Positions 50,132 to 63,536 of a DNA stretch of 64,000 bases are shown piece after piece. A program made the position numbers and the translations under genes. The notes beneath the pieces are model-generated. The model was not told where the DNA came from, searched no databases, and worked only from the letters and a program-made list of their open reading frames with translations. Each line of letters starts with the position of its first letter. Position 1 is the first letter of the stretch. The DNA lies in the NCBI GenBank assembly GCA_026023565.1, contig JAPETS010000010.1:558001-622000 (forward strand), read 5' to 3'. The DNA is from Cirrosporium novae-zelandiae (Eukaryota).

Positions 50132-52162
50132 CTAATTAGCTGTATAAGTAGGAAACCCCAACCCATGTTGTCCAGCCCCTGCTTTAAGTATTGAAAGCAT
50201 CGGTTCCATCCTTATACCTAACCACCAGCCCTTTGTTATATTCCTTCTCGCCCAATCCGCCAGTTGATAATATGACTGTGCAATAACTCCTCCTGAATCT
50301 GCATGTTTGAGGGGGGGGAATGCATCTCCGGGCCGCATGATCCTGACGCTCTTGAAACCTTCCACAACTTCCAAGAGCTCCCACTTTCCAAGTACCTTTT
50401 CAGGTCTCTCTGCGATGACGTAGTCGAATCGTTCCCAGAATATGGGATCTTGCTTCTTTTTCTCGGACTCGGTTTTGTCGTAAATCCATAAAGTTGCATT
50501 CCTTGCCCCATCTCCTATCATGGTGGCTGGCGGAGGAATTTCAAGGAAGCGTGATATTCCTGTGGTACAAGAAAGAGTGTCCATGTGAACACTTACAATC
50601 CTTTTATCGGGAGAGTAGTGCGGCGCAAGTGTGTGAACCCGTGATAAAGCGACGGCACCAGGATAATTGAGTGATGAGATAACGAGCATGCCGGTTTGCG
50701 CTACGTAAGAGGACGCAACAGATAAAACTAAGAGGAAAGATACCACGCGATAGAATAGAGCTTTGCTCCGACGTTGAAACATCCAAGACCCAGGAAGTGC
50801 AAATATAGTGACCGTAAGTGGTGGTAAGGCGTATATAATGAACCGCCATTCTTTATGGGGCTGGTAAGAGTACATAAGAATGTAGTGGAAAGCTGGAATT
50901 AGGATAGGGAGAGCTTGTTGGCGGAGTGAAGGGACGCCCATTGTGAGCGGTGCAAGAATCTGTAGTCCAAGCGGATTCATGAAGAGGCGTGGTAGCGAGT
51001 TGGTAAAATAAGTGTACCAGGGGGAAATACCCCAGTTTGAGGCATTGTTATCTAGTACATTATACGTAAATGCTGCCAATTCAGGCCAAAGAGGGAAACG
51101 TTGCCAGAAGTAAGAATCTATGGGTATTGTGATAAGAAGACCAAGCAAGCCACCCCCTAGGCCAGCTGGTATTATGATACTCTTTATAGTGTTCTGAGGG
51201 CTATTGGATCGGAAAAGTAGTGTAACAGTGACCGTAAATAACAATATAGCGACCTCGGATCGGAATATTATGCCGGTAAGCGTAAGTAGATATAAAGCTA
51301 GTCGATAACGTTTAGTAGCAACCGATGGATCCGTTGCAACAGATGGAATGGGGAGAAAGTTCCGAAGGGCAACGGTAGCTATGGTCCATTAGCTCAGAAA
51401 ATTCTTCATCACGATGATACGAGAAAGAGAGAACTCACTGAGACCGAATGCAAACATATTGGGTAGAGTCCGCGAAGCATAATACATAATGTGGAACTGA
51501 CTAGCCTGAAAAAGCGTATACCATATCCCAACCGCTCTTCCGAAGGCCTTTCGTACGCCAACTGCATAGTAGATGAGCGCAGCAGCATTGGAAAGACCAA
51601 GAATTGCTCGAACTAATCACATAAAGTCAATTAGTATGACTTCGGGACTGGGCAAAAGCGACAGTATATTATGTCAGGATACTGTCCATAACCACGGGAT
51701 GGTTCTGCATCTAGACCTTCCGTCTTACTGTCTGCCAGGAACCTGAACCCGCGGGGCAATACCCATCAGATCCTGTTCATCTTGGCCTCTTCATCTTATG
51801 GTATATTCCTCACAGACGAGATGCGCCCTTCATTTCCCCTTCCTGCCCCTCCACAGAAGGCGTGACCAACCTAACAATTGTCTATCAAAACCCTGAACGA
51901 TACCCTTAAATGGCCTTGCTAGCCCACTCAAAACCAGCGCTCCCACAAAAGTTCTAGGTACCACCCCCGGGAATTCAAAGTGGTCATAATTGGCCTTAAG
52001 AAATTCAGTTGGATTATGTTCCGGCGGGATACCATAACTGATAATATCATGCGTCGCTTGAATATTGAAGGATTCTTCGACTTTCGTGTATGGCGCAATG
52101 AACAGGTGGAGGAGAATCAGAGACGGGAAGAGAACAAAGGGAAGAAGATCTATTGGTGGCAT
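50132..52162 (-). CDS. ALG12: Dol-P-Man alpha-1,6-mannosyltransferase (GT22), 3 exons
   Basis: PYTKVEESFNIQATHD, YDHFEFPGVVPRTF, SRTLPNMFA, IDSYFW and PHKEWRF. Introns 51613-51870 and 51379-51438. Confidence 0.95.
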
Positions 52163-52496
52163 TAGCTTTAGGCACTAACCCGACCTCGAGTCAATTGAGA
52201 GACAGCACGTACCTGAAAGAATAAAACGTGCCATTATGTATATATCATGGCTGTAAATCAATTAGATATCGGAAAAGAAAAATAGCGCCGCCTGAAGATT
52301 ATTGATAAGGAGCTGCGGAGAATCGGTGGAGGTGTCCAAGGCGGCCACCGTTGCTCGTTTATCGCCCTAACGTATTTATCCGGGGCAACCAACTTCCAGC
52401 TCAGCACATTATTTAATTAGGTACAGTACACTTCCCTACCCTAGAGACATCCACAACGCCTTCTACGACCTCGAAATTCTCGCCCTATAAAGAACA

Positions 52497-52981
52497 ATGT
52501 TTTTCGGATTCTTTGGTTTTGGCAACTTCTTCTATGGTAATCCTCATCTCCTCCGCCCCCCCCCAGACATTTTGACCTGGTATCTGACGTTGAACCTCTC
52601 GTATAGCCATCCTCCTCATATTCAACGCCATAGCTGTTCTCTCCGAAGACCGATTCCTCGCACGAAGTACGCTCTCATACCATCTCCATGGAGAACTAAT
52701 AAATCCTTTGACCGCCCACCGTAGCTAACGAACCTCACAGTTGGTCTCACGGCCGCAGCAAGCAACGAGCAATCATTCGGCGCCCAAGCGCAAGATCCTA
52801 CAAGCGTAAAAGGGAGGGTGGTTGTATTTATAAATAGCGTACGGACGTTAATGAGACGTATGTCTAGCCAAACGCTTTCTCATGACATTAAGGGGATGAA
52901 AGAAGAAAATCTAACTTGAAGATAGTTCCCCTGATCCTAGTCAACACTGTTATCATGATCTACGAGATCCTCAGTCCTTAG
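52497..52981 (+). CDS. YOS1: Yos1/IER3IP1 family ER-Golgi transport protein, 4 exons
   Basis: Spliced ILLIFNAIAVLSEDRFLARIG...SVRTLMRLPLILVN. Exons 52497-52536, 52607-52666, 52741-52857 and 52926-52981. Confidence 0.93.
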
Positions 52982-53878
52982 ACTTTCGAGCACACAATAT
53001 ATGCAAAGTTCTAGACTTGCTACACCATTTGGTATTCAGCATCCTTTACCCACATCATCTTTAGCAATTAAGAGGAATCTCGAGGCGTTGGGATTACGGA
53101 GAAGGTGTAGATAGACAAGAAGAAGACCTGCAGCAAACCCCGAGTTCCTAGATTACTCTGGCGCTAGGGATACTAAGGACCTTGGGAAACCAAGAGCTGA
53201 ACTACATCAGATCAAAGGGCGAACGACCAAGAACGATTAGGAGCTACATGGCAATCTAATAGTATCAGAGCCGCAACAGATTATACGCTCGCAATAGCTA
53301 GAGCTGTGGCTGTCTCATTGAGGAGCCATTCCGGACCATCATGTATATTACAATCGAGCATAGGAACCCAACAATCCTTTTACATGCGATAGGTATACTC
53401 GACAAGTTAAAATTGATGTGATAAAATTGAAGCTTCTTCAGTACCGTAGTACTATGCAATAGTATTGGTATCTCATCAGATACATTTTCCAGATCATCTC
53501 GATCAGAAGGGTCAAACCCACGCCAAGAATGCTGCTTGGGAGTAGTCTAATAGCCAGAATTGCCAACCCGGGTAATGATATAAAATGGATATACAACCCG
53601 CCTGAACTCACTCAAGAGTAGATGAGAATAAACGGGCGTTTATCTGTTTCATCAATACCCAATAGCCCAAAGAAGCTTTTCCTCTTGAAACAAAATCCAA
53701 AATAAAAGAAATCGTTCACAAGCGCCTGATAATCATTATTATACATCCGGGTATTATACATGCCTAAAACTCCTCGTCGGACCATGAATGAGAATACGAC
53801 CCTGTTCATGAAATATACAGTCACTTGATATCGAAAGACGACAGAGGCAAAAAAGGAAATAGAAGAGAGCGCAGGCTC

Positions 53879-56800
53879 TCATGAGCTATTCAGTATACTG
53901 AAGCTCCTTTTCTTCAGGCTAAATCGATTTAAGGAATGTCTTGGGCCTCTTTTCTCTTTTTTCTCCTCCGATTGACGTTGCCGCATGTGAGATGTCGCCG
54001 GCAGTGATGCACTCTGTGGCACCGGCGTATCATTGGAATGTTTATTTTTGTTTGAATCTGAATTAAAATTCAGGGGGAAACTTTCAGAGCGAGCGCGATT
54101 GTGATGATGAAGACGGGGATGATGAAGGTGGAGATGCTGGGATTCATCAGACACCCTTTCTTTCTCCTTATCCTTGCCATCTTTTGATGTCCTAAGGTAC
54201 ATATTCTTCCATGTTCTACCCTTTTCTTGTTTTTCCTTCTCTTGCGATGGAATTGTTTTGTCTGGATTTTGGGGACCGGCTAACGGAAAACTGGTGTCTG
54301 AATTGCCTGTAGGGGTACTAGTGTCTCTGGACGAAGTTTGAGACTCATCTTTGTTTTGTGTACTCCATAGTTTAGAAGTCCATTTGCGCTCAGGTTTTTG
54401 TGGAGAAAGCGGCCGTTCTTGTTGTTGTTGTTGTTGTTGTTGCTGCTGCTGCTGCTCATTTGGTGGGTCAGCATCTTTCTCGGGCACTTTCGGGGTCTGT
54501 TCCGAAGAAACTTTCATGGGCTGAGGTTCGGGCGTTTGCTCTTTTTGAAGGGTTAAGGGTTCACTGCTCGTTTCAGTACTATTTATTTTCATAGCATCGT
54601 TCCGAAGAGTGGGAGGAAGCGATGGGGTTTGTTCTCGATCCCTTGGTGTTCGAAACTTGCGGCTTAAACTCATACTACTATACTTGAAGCGATTTAGGCG
54701 TGCCCCTGGCGACAAAGGAGCACCGTTTTCTTCGGTCACCCGTCGGTCCTCGTCGACCTTGGATGCTTTACTGGCTTCAATCGCAGCTTTTAGTTCTGCC
54801 TCTTGGGTCTTCTTCTCCTCTCTCATATGTGCAGCTCTATCTTTTTGTTGTTGTTTCATTTGCTTTTCTTTCTCTTTTTCAGCAGCCTTTTCAGCGGCTT
54901 TTCTTTCTTTCTCTTCACGGTTCTTCTCACGCCGAATGTGAAGTTGACTAGCCTTTGATGTCAATCCATGTAGAGCCGGGCCCGCCATGCCAGAGGATGT
55001 TGTTGTGCGAGCCGGGAGCGGGGGAGTAGTGGAGAGTAATGGGGCAGAACCAGCATGGCCAGGGTTGATTAATGGCTCAGTATTTTCGGACCCAGGGTTG
55101 GTAACCGTGCGATGTGAAGTCAAATGGTCAGGAACCGTACCGGGCGTTCCAGTAAGACCGAGACCAACGCCTTCTTTGGAGATTTCGGATGGACTCTTGG
55201 AGGACGATGGCGACTCCATATCGGTTTCTCTTTGGACAGCTTCTAGGGTGGTTTCCTGGTAAAAGAGGACATAGGCACAAGCCTGAGTAGTGTTCTTGCC
55301 GAAAAAATTGCGGACGTAATTCTTATCGACGGGCTCAACCAATTCGTCGTCAAAAAGAAGCCATCCACGATCTTCTGTCTTAATAATAGATACATAATGA
55401 CCATGATATGGACCATTACCAATATGAACGACCACGGCATAGAGTTCATATAGACGATCTGGATCCTCAGCATCATCCGTAGTATTGAATAGCCGTAGGT
55501 GGAATGGATACGCAACTCGGTGAAATAGCTTCTGCAATTTTGACATATCTTCGGTATATTTGAATCGCTTGAGATGGAGAGCAAGGATCCTTGGTAGACG
55601 CTTAATTTTCATTCTTTTTTCCGCCTCCTGCAGGCCGCCACAGTTGTCGCAATGAAATTTATTTCGTTCACAAAGCATTTCTTCCTCGGAGAACTTTCGC
55701 AGGCACGATGTGACCGAAGAATATTCGTCGAGGTCAACAGAAAGGTCCAAAAATACCTCATCTCGTTGCGAAGTGTTTTCGCAGGTTAAGCATCGAGTTT
55801 CTGATGTCAACACCCCTTCGAAGAGCTCATGAACCCATCGCGTATTAGTCGGTGATCTTGAGCCGCTGGTAGGCGTCTTCGTCGTTGATGAAGAGGAAGC
55901 GCTAGACCGGAAGCCCTCCTCGTCGTCCGATGGAACCTGAATAATCCCCGATTCAATATTTTTTGAGTTTTCTTCCACGTTGGCCACGACCTCGTTGAGA
56001 AGCAAGTTCAAGAACTCATGTGCATCCTGATGCATCGCTGTTCGAAACATTTCATTTTCTCGTCGCAGAACTTCCAGAAATTTGACCGGACTAATAACCC
56101 CAGTTCTCGATCTATTCGCAATAACAGCTTCAAAAATATCTTTCAAGGAAGTAAATAATGATTCCGTCATCCCATACGAAGCTGCATTATCATAATTCAT
56201 AGGTAATACGGGGCCGTTAATCATTGCCTGCTTCTTTTTATACTCTGGCGAATCCTTATCCTCAATCTTTGGTGGTTGGCCTGGTGTCCCAGGATTTCGG
56301 GCTGAATTTATGCCATTCATCTTAGGTTTTTGAGGAGACGTGCCGGGGGCTTGACCATTTAAAACGATGGGCGTACTTAATTGCGGCAAGCCACCAGGTG
56401 TAAGCTTGAGTGTCTCTAGAGGGGAACGTTTCGGGTAGTTGACGACCTGTTCTCGAAAGGGCACTGAGAAATAAAGGCATTGTAATATTGAATTGCAGTA
56501 ACTACCACAAGTCAGAAGGAGCAACTCCATAGTTGATGGTAGAGATGTACCAAGTATTACCAAACTATAAATCTATGATTAGCTTCAAACAGATCATGCT
56601 CCAGGAATTAGGACAGCCTCACATTTTCCATTCCAAAAAACTTGTCACTTCCATCAGCTCGTATAGGACCGGCATCCATCAACATTTTCTCCAAGGGTGT
56701 TTGCTGTACATGATGATGGTCTTTCTTGTGGGGTAAATGACCGGCCGGAGAAGTTCCATTTGTCTGATAGAGCATATCATCAGTAATTTGTATATTGAAT

Positions 56801-56926
56801 CCATCAAATCGTTGAATTTTGATGTGAATGTATCCTTGCCAACCCAACTATTGCCGTGGCTCTCAACGTCACACAGATGGAGGTACTGACAGAATTGACT
56901 CGAAACTTTCCCAATATTGACGACAT
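53879..56926 (-). CDS. creB: Ubiquitin C-terminal hydrolase CreB (Ubp9/13, USP12/46-like), 4 exons
   Basis: Spliced Cys box FGMEN|FGNTC|YCNSILQ, HQDAHEF and His box [11 protein letters not shown]...FDD. ATG 56926 exon [12 protein letters not shown] is followed by GTCAGT. Confidence 0.93.
54419..54455 (-). repeat. Coding (CAG)/(CAA) polyglutamine tract in creB
   Basis: About 12 consecutive Gln codons. Confidence 0.9.
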
Positions 56927-57820
56927 TTTCGAAAAGGCAGATAAACGGACAGTTCAGTTGAGAGAGAAGGAAGGAGTAAAGATGGATATGGCGGGAGGAG
57001 GTGTCTCTAGAATGCGCTGAAGGATCGAAAGGAGATCATTGAGGGTTGGGCGCAAGACGTGATAGAGAGTAATGCTGAAGGATTAGGATCGAGTATTGTA
57101 GTACAAAGGTTCGTATGCGAGTATAGACGGTCGAGAGGGTAGAGAGACTGCCTAATAGCCTGACGCTCTGGAGCGGCACGGTTGCGGGGAACTCCAGGTG
57201 TCCAAGCTCGAGTGAAGAGGCGCGTGCGGATTTATTGGTATCTGGAGTCGGTTGTAGATGTAGATGATGATAGCAGATTCCTTAAACCGAAAGACTTTTG
57301 GAAGATGAAGTGTGAAATTCAAGATTCGAGAATGTTACAAGAAATATTTTCGCGGGGTCTTGTCCTGTCAGCAGCTCGTTTCCCGTAATAGATGGGGGGG
57401 TGCGTCGACGGAAGGATTCAGGAGTTGTGGCAAAGGTAACGGGAGTAGGATTATAAAATACAGGGTCAATGGTAATGATTTTCACTGAATGATATTTGAG
57501 TGCAGATATTGTAATAACAAACAAGTGGTTAATCGAAAAATGGATGGCGGAGAGACGAGCAACAGAGAGCGGGTTGCTGGGCGCTGGGGTGCTGCATAGA
57601 GTCAAGCATGACTTGACTTTTGTAAATTGTGGGTGTGCCTGATGGGATGGATCGCGTACTGGTAACTACAAGTATACTACGGTACCAGGTATTTTTCTTG
57701 GCTCTCAGCAATTGTCAAATGACGGCGATTTGCCAGATGAATACTTCCCAAAGTTTTACAGACTTTACAGACTTTACAGACTACATCAGACTATTGTGGG
57801 GATTGCCGATGACAGCGGTG

Positions 57821-57888
57821 GGCAGCAACTGGCAGCAACTGGCAGCAACTGGCAGCAACTGGCAGCAACTGGCAGCAACTGGCAGCAA
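57821..57888. repeat. Minisatellite (GGCAGCAACT)x~6.8
   Basis: Directly visible, and preceded by (TTTACAGAC)x3 at about 57755-57781. Confidence 0.95.
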
Positions 57889-59169
57889 AGTGGCAGAAGC
57901 AGCAAGAAGCAGGACAGCAAGTTAGTCAAGTTACTGGGTCCCGGCTAAAATGTTGGGTCGCCTGAACAAAGCTCCTAAAGCCCGAACTGGCAGGTCGAAA
58001 GGCCCCATGGGATTGGTTACAAACAGACCCGAACTGAGATGACAGATCCCAACTCAGATCGGACCCTTCTGGCACCCTTCTGGGATACTTCTGCCAGTCC
58101 TCAACCGTCTACCATTCCACCGAACTTCACACCATTTCCTACTTTTTGTTGCTTTTTGATGGAACATTCTGTTGCTACCCCGTCTTTTACACCCCCGAAT
58201 CCCTGTCTTACCGTCGGTGTGCTTTTTGTACCTCTCCCAGTGAACGGGTCCTAAGTTTATCATTCAGACTCTACGCCTATCTCCTCTTATCGTGGGTACA
58301 GATCGGGATACCCAAAAAAAACCACAGGGTAAATGGGAATAATAACCTACAATCGATGTATAATCTAGTAATTGTCACCTAGACAGAGTAACTGATCAAT
58401 TGAAAAACAAAAAGCCCTCGTCTATCACACCACCTGCAACTACCAACTTCTCAACCAGATGTGTGAAATAATTAAAGAAGACCATAAACCCTTCCAAAAG
58501 CCCTTCGGTCTATATCATCCGAGCGGTCTGTTCACTGGCCTACACGCCATGTACCCCACCCTCTTCTAGGGGCGATAAACCACGGCTAGTCCGAAGGACT
58601 CCGGGTTAAGAAGATAATATAGACGCTGTTAGCACATGACATGGATTTCGTATTCATGTATGTATCTCATAATATGACAAACCTAGATTTTGCCTCTTCC
58701 ATGTCTTCCACGTGGTTTCGTCAGGATGCTGCATACTCGAGTACGCAATGTTCGCGCCGTCGAACCCCAAAGTTTCTACGGTCAGCGGACTCTAAATCGA
58801 GGAACCATTGCTCTAGTATTTTAGACAATCCAGAACATTACCAGCCCTATCATGTAATCATCTTTAATCATATCTCTACTATCCAGCTCAGCCCAGCCAG
58901 CAACTAGACCTATATTCTGCTGCTTGGAAAATTACGCTTGAAATTCTCCACTTCTTGATAGCCGACTACTATCATTCAGGACCCCATATACCATAGTAGT
59001 GTTCGGATCAACCTGAAATCCATTGGGAGTATCATAGCGTATTGACCTGAATCTCATAATCTACGATCCCCGCCTAGTGAGCCCCGAACTAACTCCCCCT
59101 CATTCCTTCATAAGTAATCCTTGCCGTTGCCACATGTGCCCACTGCCCACTGTCCTTATGGCTTCCAAA

Positions 59170-62100
59170 TCATTCTTCGTCGCTGTCATCACAGATGACC
59201 CTCTTAAGTCTTCCCCTAGAATTTTTCGTAGGAGCCTTTCCCTTGTTTGTGCTTTCCCCTCCCTTCTTCGCAATTGAACCAGTAGCCCCTTCTATTAATT
59301 CATCAATATCGGGCAGTTCATCATCATCATCTGAGCCAGCTTGTGATATGGTCTGCTGAGAAAGATAAAAAGGCTTTGAAGCATCGCCCATCCCGGGTAT
59401 TTCTAGAGAAGACGTAATAGACACGGCGGTATCCATCTCCTTAATGTTCTCGTCATCACTTTCATCATCAACAAGAAAATTAGCAAGATCAGAGTCGAAA
59501 TAGTCTTCCTCGTCTGCTACCTCGGGGGTAAGACTATCTCGAGGGGGGGAATATCTGCGCTTTCGACTCTTAGCCGGTGGGGACACCCGTATGCCGCTAT
59601 TTACTGAAAGAATCCCTTCAGAACTGTCATTATCGTCAAGCGAATCTCCCCAGATAGAGTCGTCTGGTGCCGGAACAAGTTTTTGTAAAGTTTCAATAGC
59701 TTCAAGATCTATTGCATGCATTTTGTTTAGAGTAGTCACTAGAGAGCTAGTAGCATGTCCATGTGAAATGAAGCAAGTAGGACGAGGGACTCGCTGCAAG
59801 GCAGGAAATGCATCAAGACGCGCAGATTCGACTGTCTGGGGCTCGTCGCCACCAACATTGAGATAGTTGCGTTCCAGCTCTCGTTCCTCTGCAGAAGTGA
59901 GGAGAACTTCCTCTAGAGCCGGAACATCTTCTGCTTGCGGTGATGATTTACGATGAACTACTTCTTGCTCATCGTCATTTTCATCATTATCTTGGAGACG
60001 TGAGGCCTTGACAAACCCAGTACGGACCCCATCTGGCATATTGAATCTCTTGGGTGGTCGTTTTGGAGCCCTTGCTCGCTTTTTGGGTTCTGGAAGGCTT
60101 GGCTGTGAGTTTTCAATTGGGATATCAATCACTCTTTTGTCTGGCACAGGCTGTATTTCTTTTGGAACTACTCTGGGAGACCGGTCTTCATGAAATTCAA
60201 ATCGTTTTCCTGACGCTATCATCTCCTGCATCTTCTCGTAGTTGTCCTTCGCCTTCACAAACGACTCCTCCTCTTTACCCTTAAGGAGAAGAATAACAAT
60301 ATTTCCTGCTCGCTTCCTGCCCGTGCGACCCATCCTTTGCAACATTCGAATTGGCGAGGCGGAAGAATCGTAACAAACAATCAGATCGACTTCACCAATA
60401 TCAAGACCTTCTTCGCCGATACTAGTTGCAACGAGAGTATTGTAAACTCCCCTTTTGAACTTATCCATGATCTCGAGCTGAGATTTCTGATCCATCCCCT
60501 CTGATCGTGCCGTTCCTTGTTGTCCTACGAAGACATGGGGCCTAATCATTGGCTGATGCTTTTTGAGTATGCGTACGATCTCTTCGGCACTATCACGGTA
60601 ATGTGCAAAAACTATGATCCTAGTTTCCGATGGCGGACGCCCATCTGCGAGGCCCTGACCCTGTCCAGCATCTAGGAAGTGATTAAGAACAACGGTTTGT
60701 AGATATTCAAGTTTGGGATGCCCAAGAAAATCCGGATTGCTAACCCAAGCAGCAATTGTGCTCATCATTTTGCAGAAATTCTCATCGTGAATAATCTGCT
60801 GACGGTATTTCCCTCCTCCGTCGTCGGCATCTCGAAATCCTACCATATTATGATAGAATGGGCCAATACCATGATATTTGAGTAAATCAATTGAAAAGGC
60901 AATGCGAGAGAGAACAGTCATAATGGTATTGACCATTCCTTTAATACCCCAAGAAGCCTTCTTTCCGGCTTCTGATTTTGCCCATTGTTGACGTGCTAGG
61001 GTGAGTCCATATGGTGTTAATTTCATGGGGTCGCGAGCCCAGTATGCGTTTGTGGACACAAGCTTATTTACCAAAGGTTGCAGCGCCTTAGAAAATAAGT
61101 CCATAACCCTTCCCATCTCTTCCGAGATCTCAAAAACCTCTGTTTCCACCTTGCGACTATGTACATAGGGCTGAATATCAATGGACTTCTCCGTTCTGAT
61201 TTCAACTCTTGATATATCCAGGTGATCAACAACGGCTTGCACGGCTTCAACAGATGCGCCAGGGGTAGCTGTAAGTGCCAATACACGAAAACTGCTGTTG
61301 AATCTTCGAAGGAAGCTTACAACCTCCACATACGCATAGTTACCTGTAGCCCGATGAGCCTCATCGACAACTAACAGAACAATTCGTTTTGGATCACATA
61401 TGCCGGTTTTGAGATCATTTATGATTGTCTGTGGGGTCATGAAAAACACCCTTTTGTTCTGCCACTCTTCAGCTCGAATACCGGGAGGAATACCGCCAGT
61501 GAGCATAGTGGTTTGGGAACGAGGAATACCAGCAATATGAAAACAGGCGTCGACTTGTTGCGACACCAGAGGCTTTGTAGGTGCAACAAAAACAATCTGT
61601 GCGTCTGATGTCCAGCGGAACCAGTTTAGCATGACCGTAGCAGCTATAAAGGTTTTGCCTAAACCTGTCGGTAGAGCAACTAGAAGATTATGGAAGAGTC
61701 CACGTTGTACAATGTTGAATTGGTAGTCCCTAATACTTCCAATGTTGACAGGATATACCCATGTTTTCATTGCCTCACGGTTGATCTTGTGGTGGGTGAG
61801 TGGTTCATCCTTCCGTGTTAAAGGCCGGCTTTTTCGAGCAGGCTGAGAAGATTCAAAATTAGAAGCAGTTCCACCAAATAAGGTGGTCTGGCGATAGCTT
61901 TGTGAATCAGGTAGCCGGGAGGATTGTGTCAATTGAGAAGGGGCAGCGCTAGAAATGAGCATTGCATTATCATTGTTAGGCTTAGCAGGTGAAGATGAAA
62001 AGTCATCTTCAAAGGCATCAGAGGGAAGATCATCAAGCAAGGCAGCTGTATCGATTATCGGCTGTTGAGTAGTGGACGATGACGCAAGAAAAGTATTGTC

Positions 62101-62415
62101 TGATGGGGGATTTATCGGTTGAGATTGGAAAAGATTTTCAAGTATTTCAGGATGTTTTGTTATATGAACCATATCCTTTGGTTTAGCCATCTTGAACTTT
62201 TGTCTGTCACCTCCAGTAGATCTAGTCTTGGCTGCCCTAGGTTGGGGGGATATTGATCCATCATTGTGGAGGTTGGTTGTTTTATCCAATCTACGTTTCT
62301 TGGGCGGTCGAGGGGAGGACGAAGCTAGATGAGGAGATTGGTCAGTAGAGAAGTGTGAGAACGTGGAAAGTCATTCGTATCTCTAGTTAACTATGTACTT
62401 ACTATCAGAATCCAT
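59170..62415 (-). CDS. MPH1: FANCM-family DEAH DNA helicase, 2 exons
   Basis: [34 protein letters not shown] and [10 protein letters not shown]. Short first exon ATGGATTCTGATA|GTAAGT splices in frame to [12 protein letters not shown]. Confidence 0.95.
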
Positions 62416-63536
62416 GGGGGTGGAGTCGAGGTGAGGACCAAAAACTTCCAAGTAACTAATGAAGTCACGCGTCGGTGGGAGAAGGAAGACGCGCCGCGAG
62501 AATAGACTACTCGAGTATAGTCAAAAGGCGCCAATGAAAAGTAGAGTTATTTCTAGAGGGGCCAATAATAACAAGGTTAAGAGGGTTCGGAGAAAACAAA
62601 ACCCCAGGTTTAACGATGTAAAGAAAAGAGGGAAAAAGGTTAAACCAATCCTTAGCCTTAGTTATTACAACCCCGGGTTTTTTAATTCGACTTGGCAGTT
62701 TGACTTATAAAAGACGGACTAATTAATTAAACTAAAAACAGGCAAAACTAAACACGACGTAATAAAAGAATAAAATACTGTCATAGTTGTACTATGTAAT
62801 TAATTAACAGGTGGATCCCTTTTTTTCAGCTCTCATTCCACAACTGTTTGTTGTTCCATGCTTCGTTTCACTACTCTAACAGTACAGTCCAGTACAGTAG
62901 AGTACAAGTGCAGTGCAAATATTGTACGTGGCACGATATGAATTGGCTATCTCCTTGTTAAAGGAGAGTAGTAATAACCCATCTCCAACTCATCATTATT
63001 TATTATTATTATTATATGTGTGTCTCATAACTTGGGATGGAGGAGTACCTTAGATTTGTCCCACATGGGACTGATCAGAGAGGAAGTTCGGCGATACTAC
63101 CTAGGTACTTTTGTACACATACCTCTGACCTACTGCTGTATGGTGTAAGTATTTTGTACCTGACAAGAGAGATGGGGACCCGAAGCAGATCTGAATCCCC
63201 ACGAATGGAAACACGCCTAGAAATTTCGCCCCTGCCCGGCAAAGGAACTAAGTCAGAATTCTTGATGATTTGGGTAAATAGAAAACCAAACAGCACAAGC
63301 GAAACGTTAACACATCGTCTGACCCTTCTCTCCACCCATAAAAAGCTCTTCCCCGAGTCTTCCTTAAAAGTCTTTTGCTTTCTTTCCAATTTCGTTGATC
63401 CAAAAACAAATTTGTTTTCATTTACACACTCGTTAGCGCTCAGCGTTACTCAGTAATAATATTTATTGCTCTGCTTCCCTCTGCTTTCCCTCAATCGCTA
63501 AGGAACAGATCTTTTCTCCAAAATATCAAAATCACA

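Noticed and set aside
57755..57900. Regular repeats resembling an array, and ORFs 57629-57948
   Set aside because: Head-to-tail minisatellite without unique spacers, so not CRISPR. The ORFs are repeat by-products.
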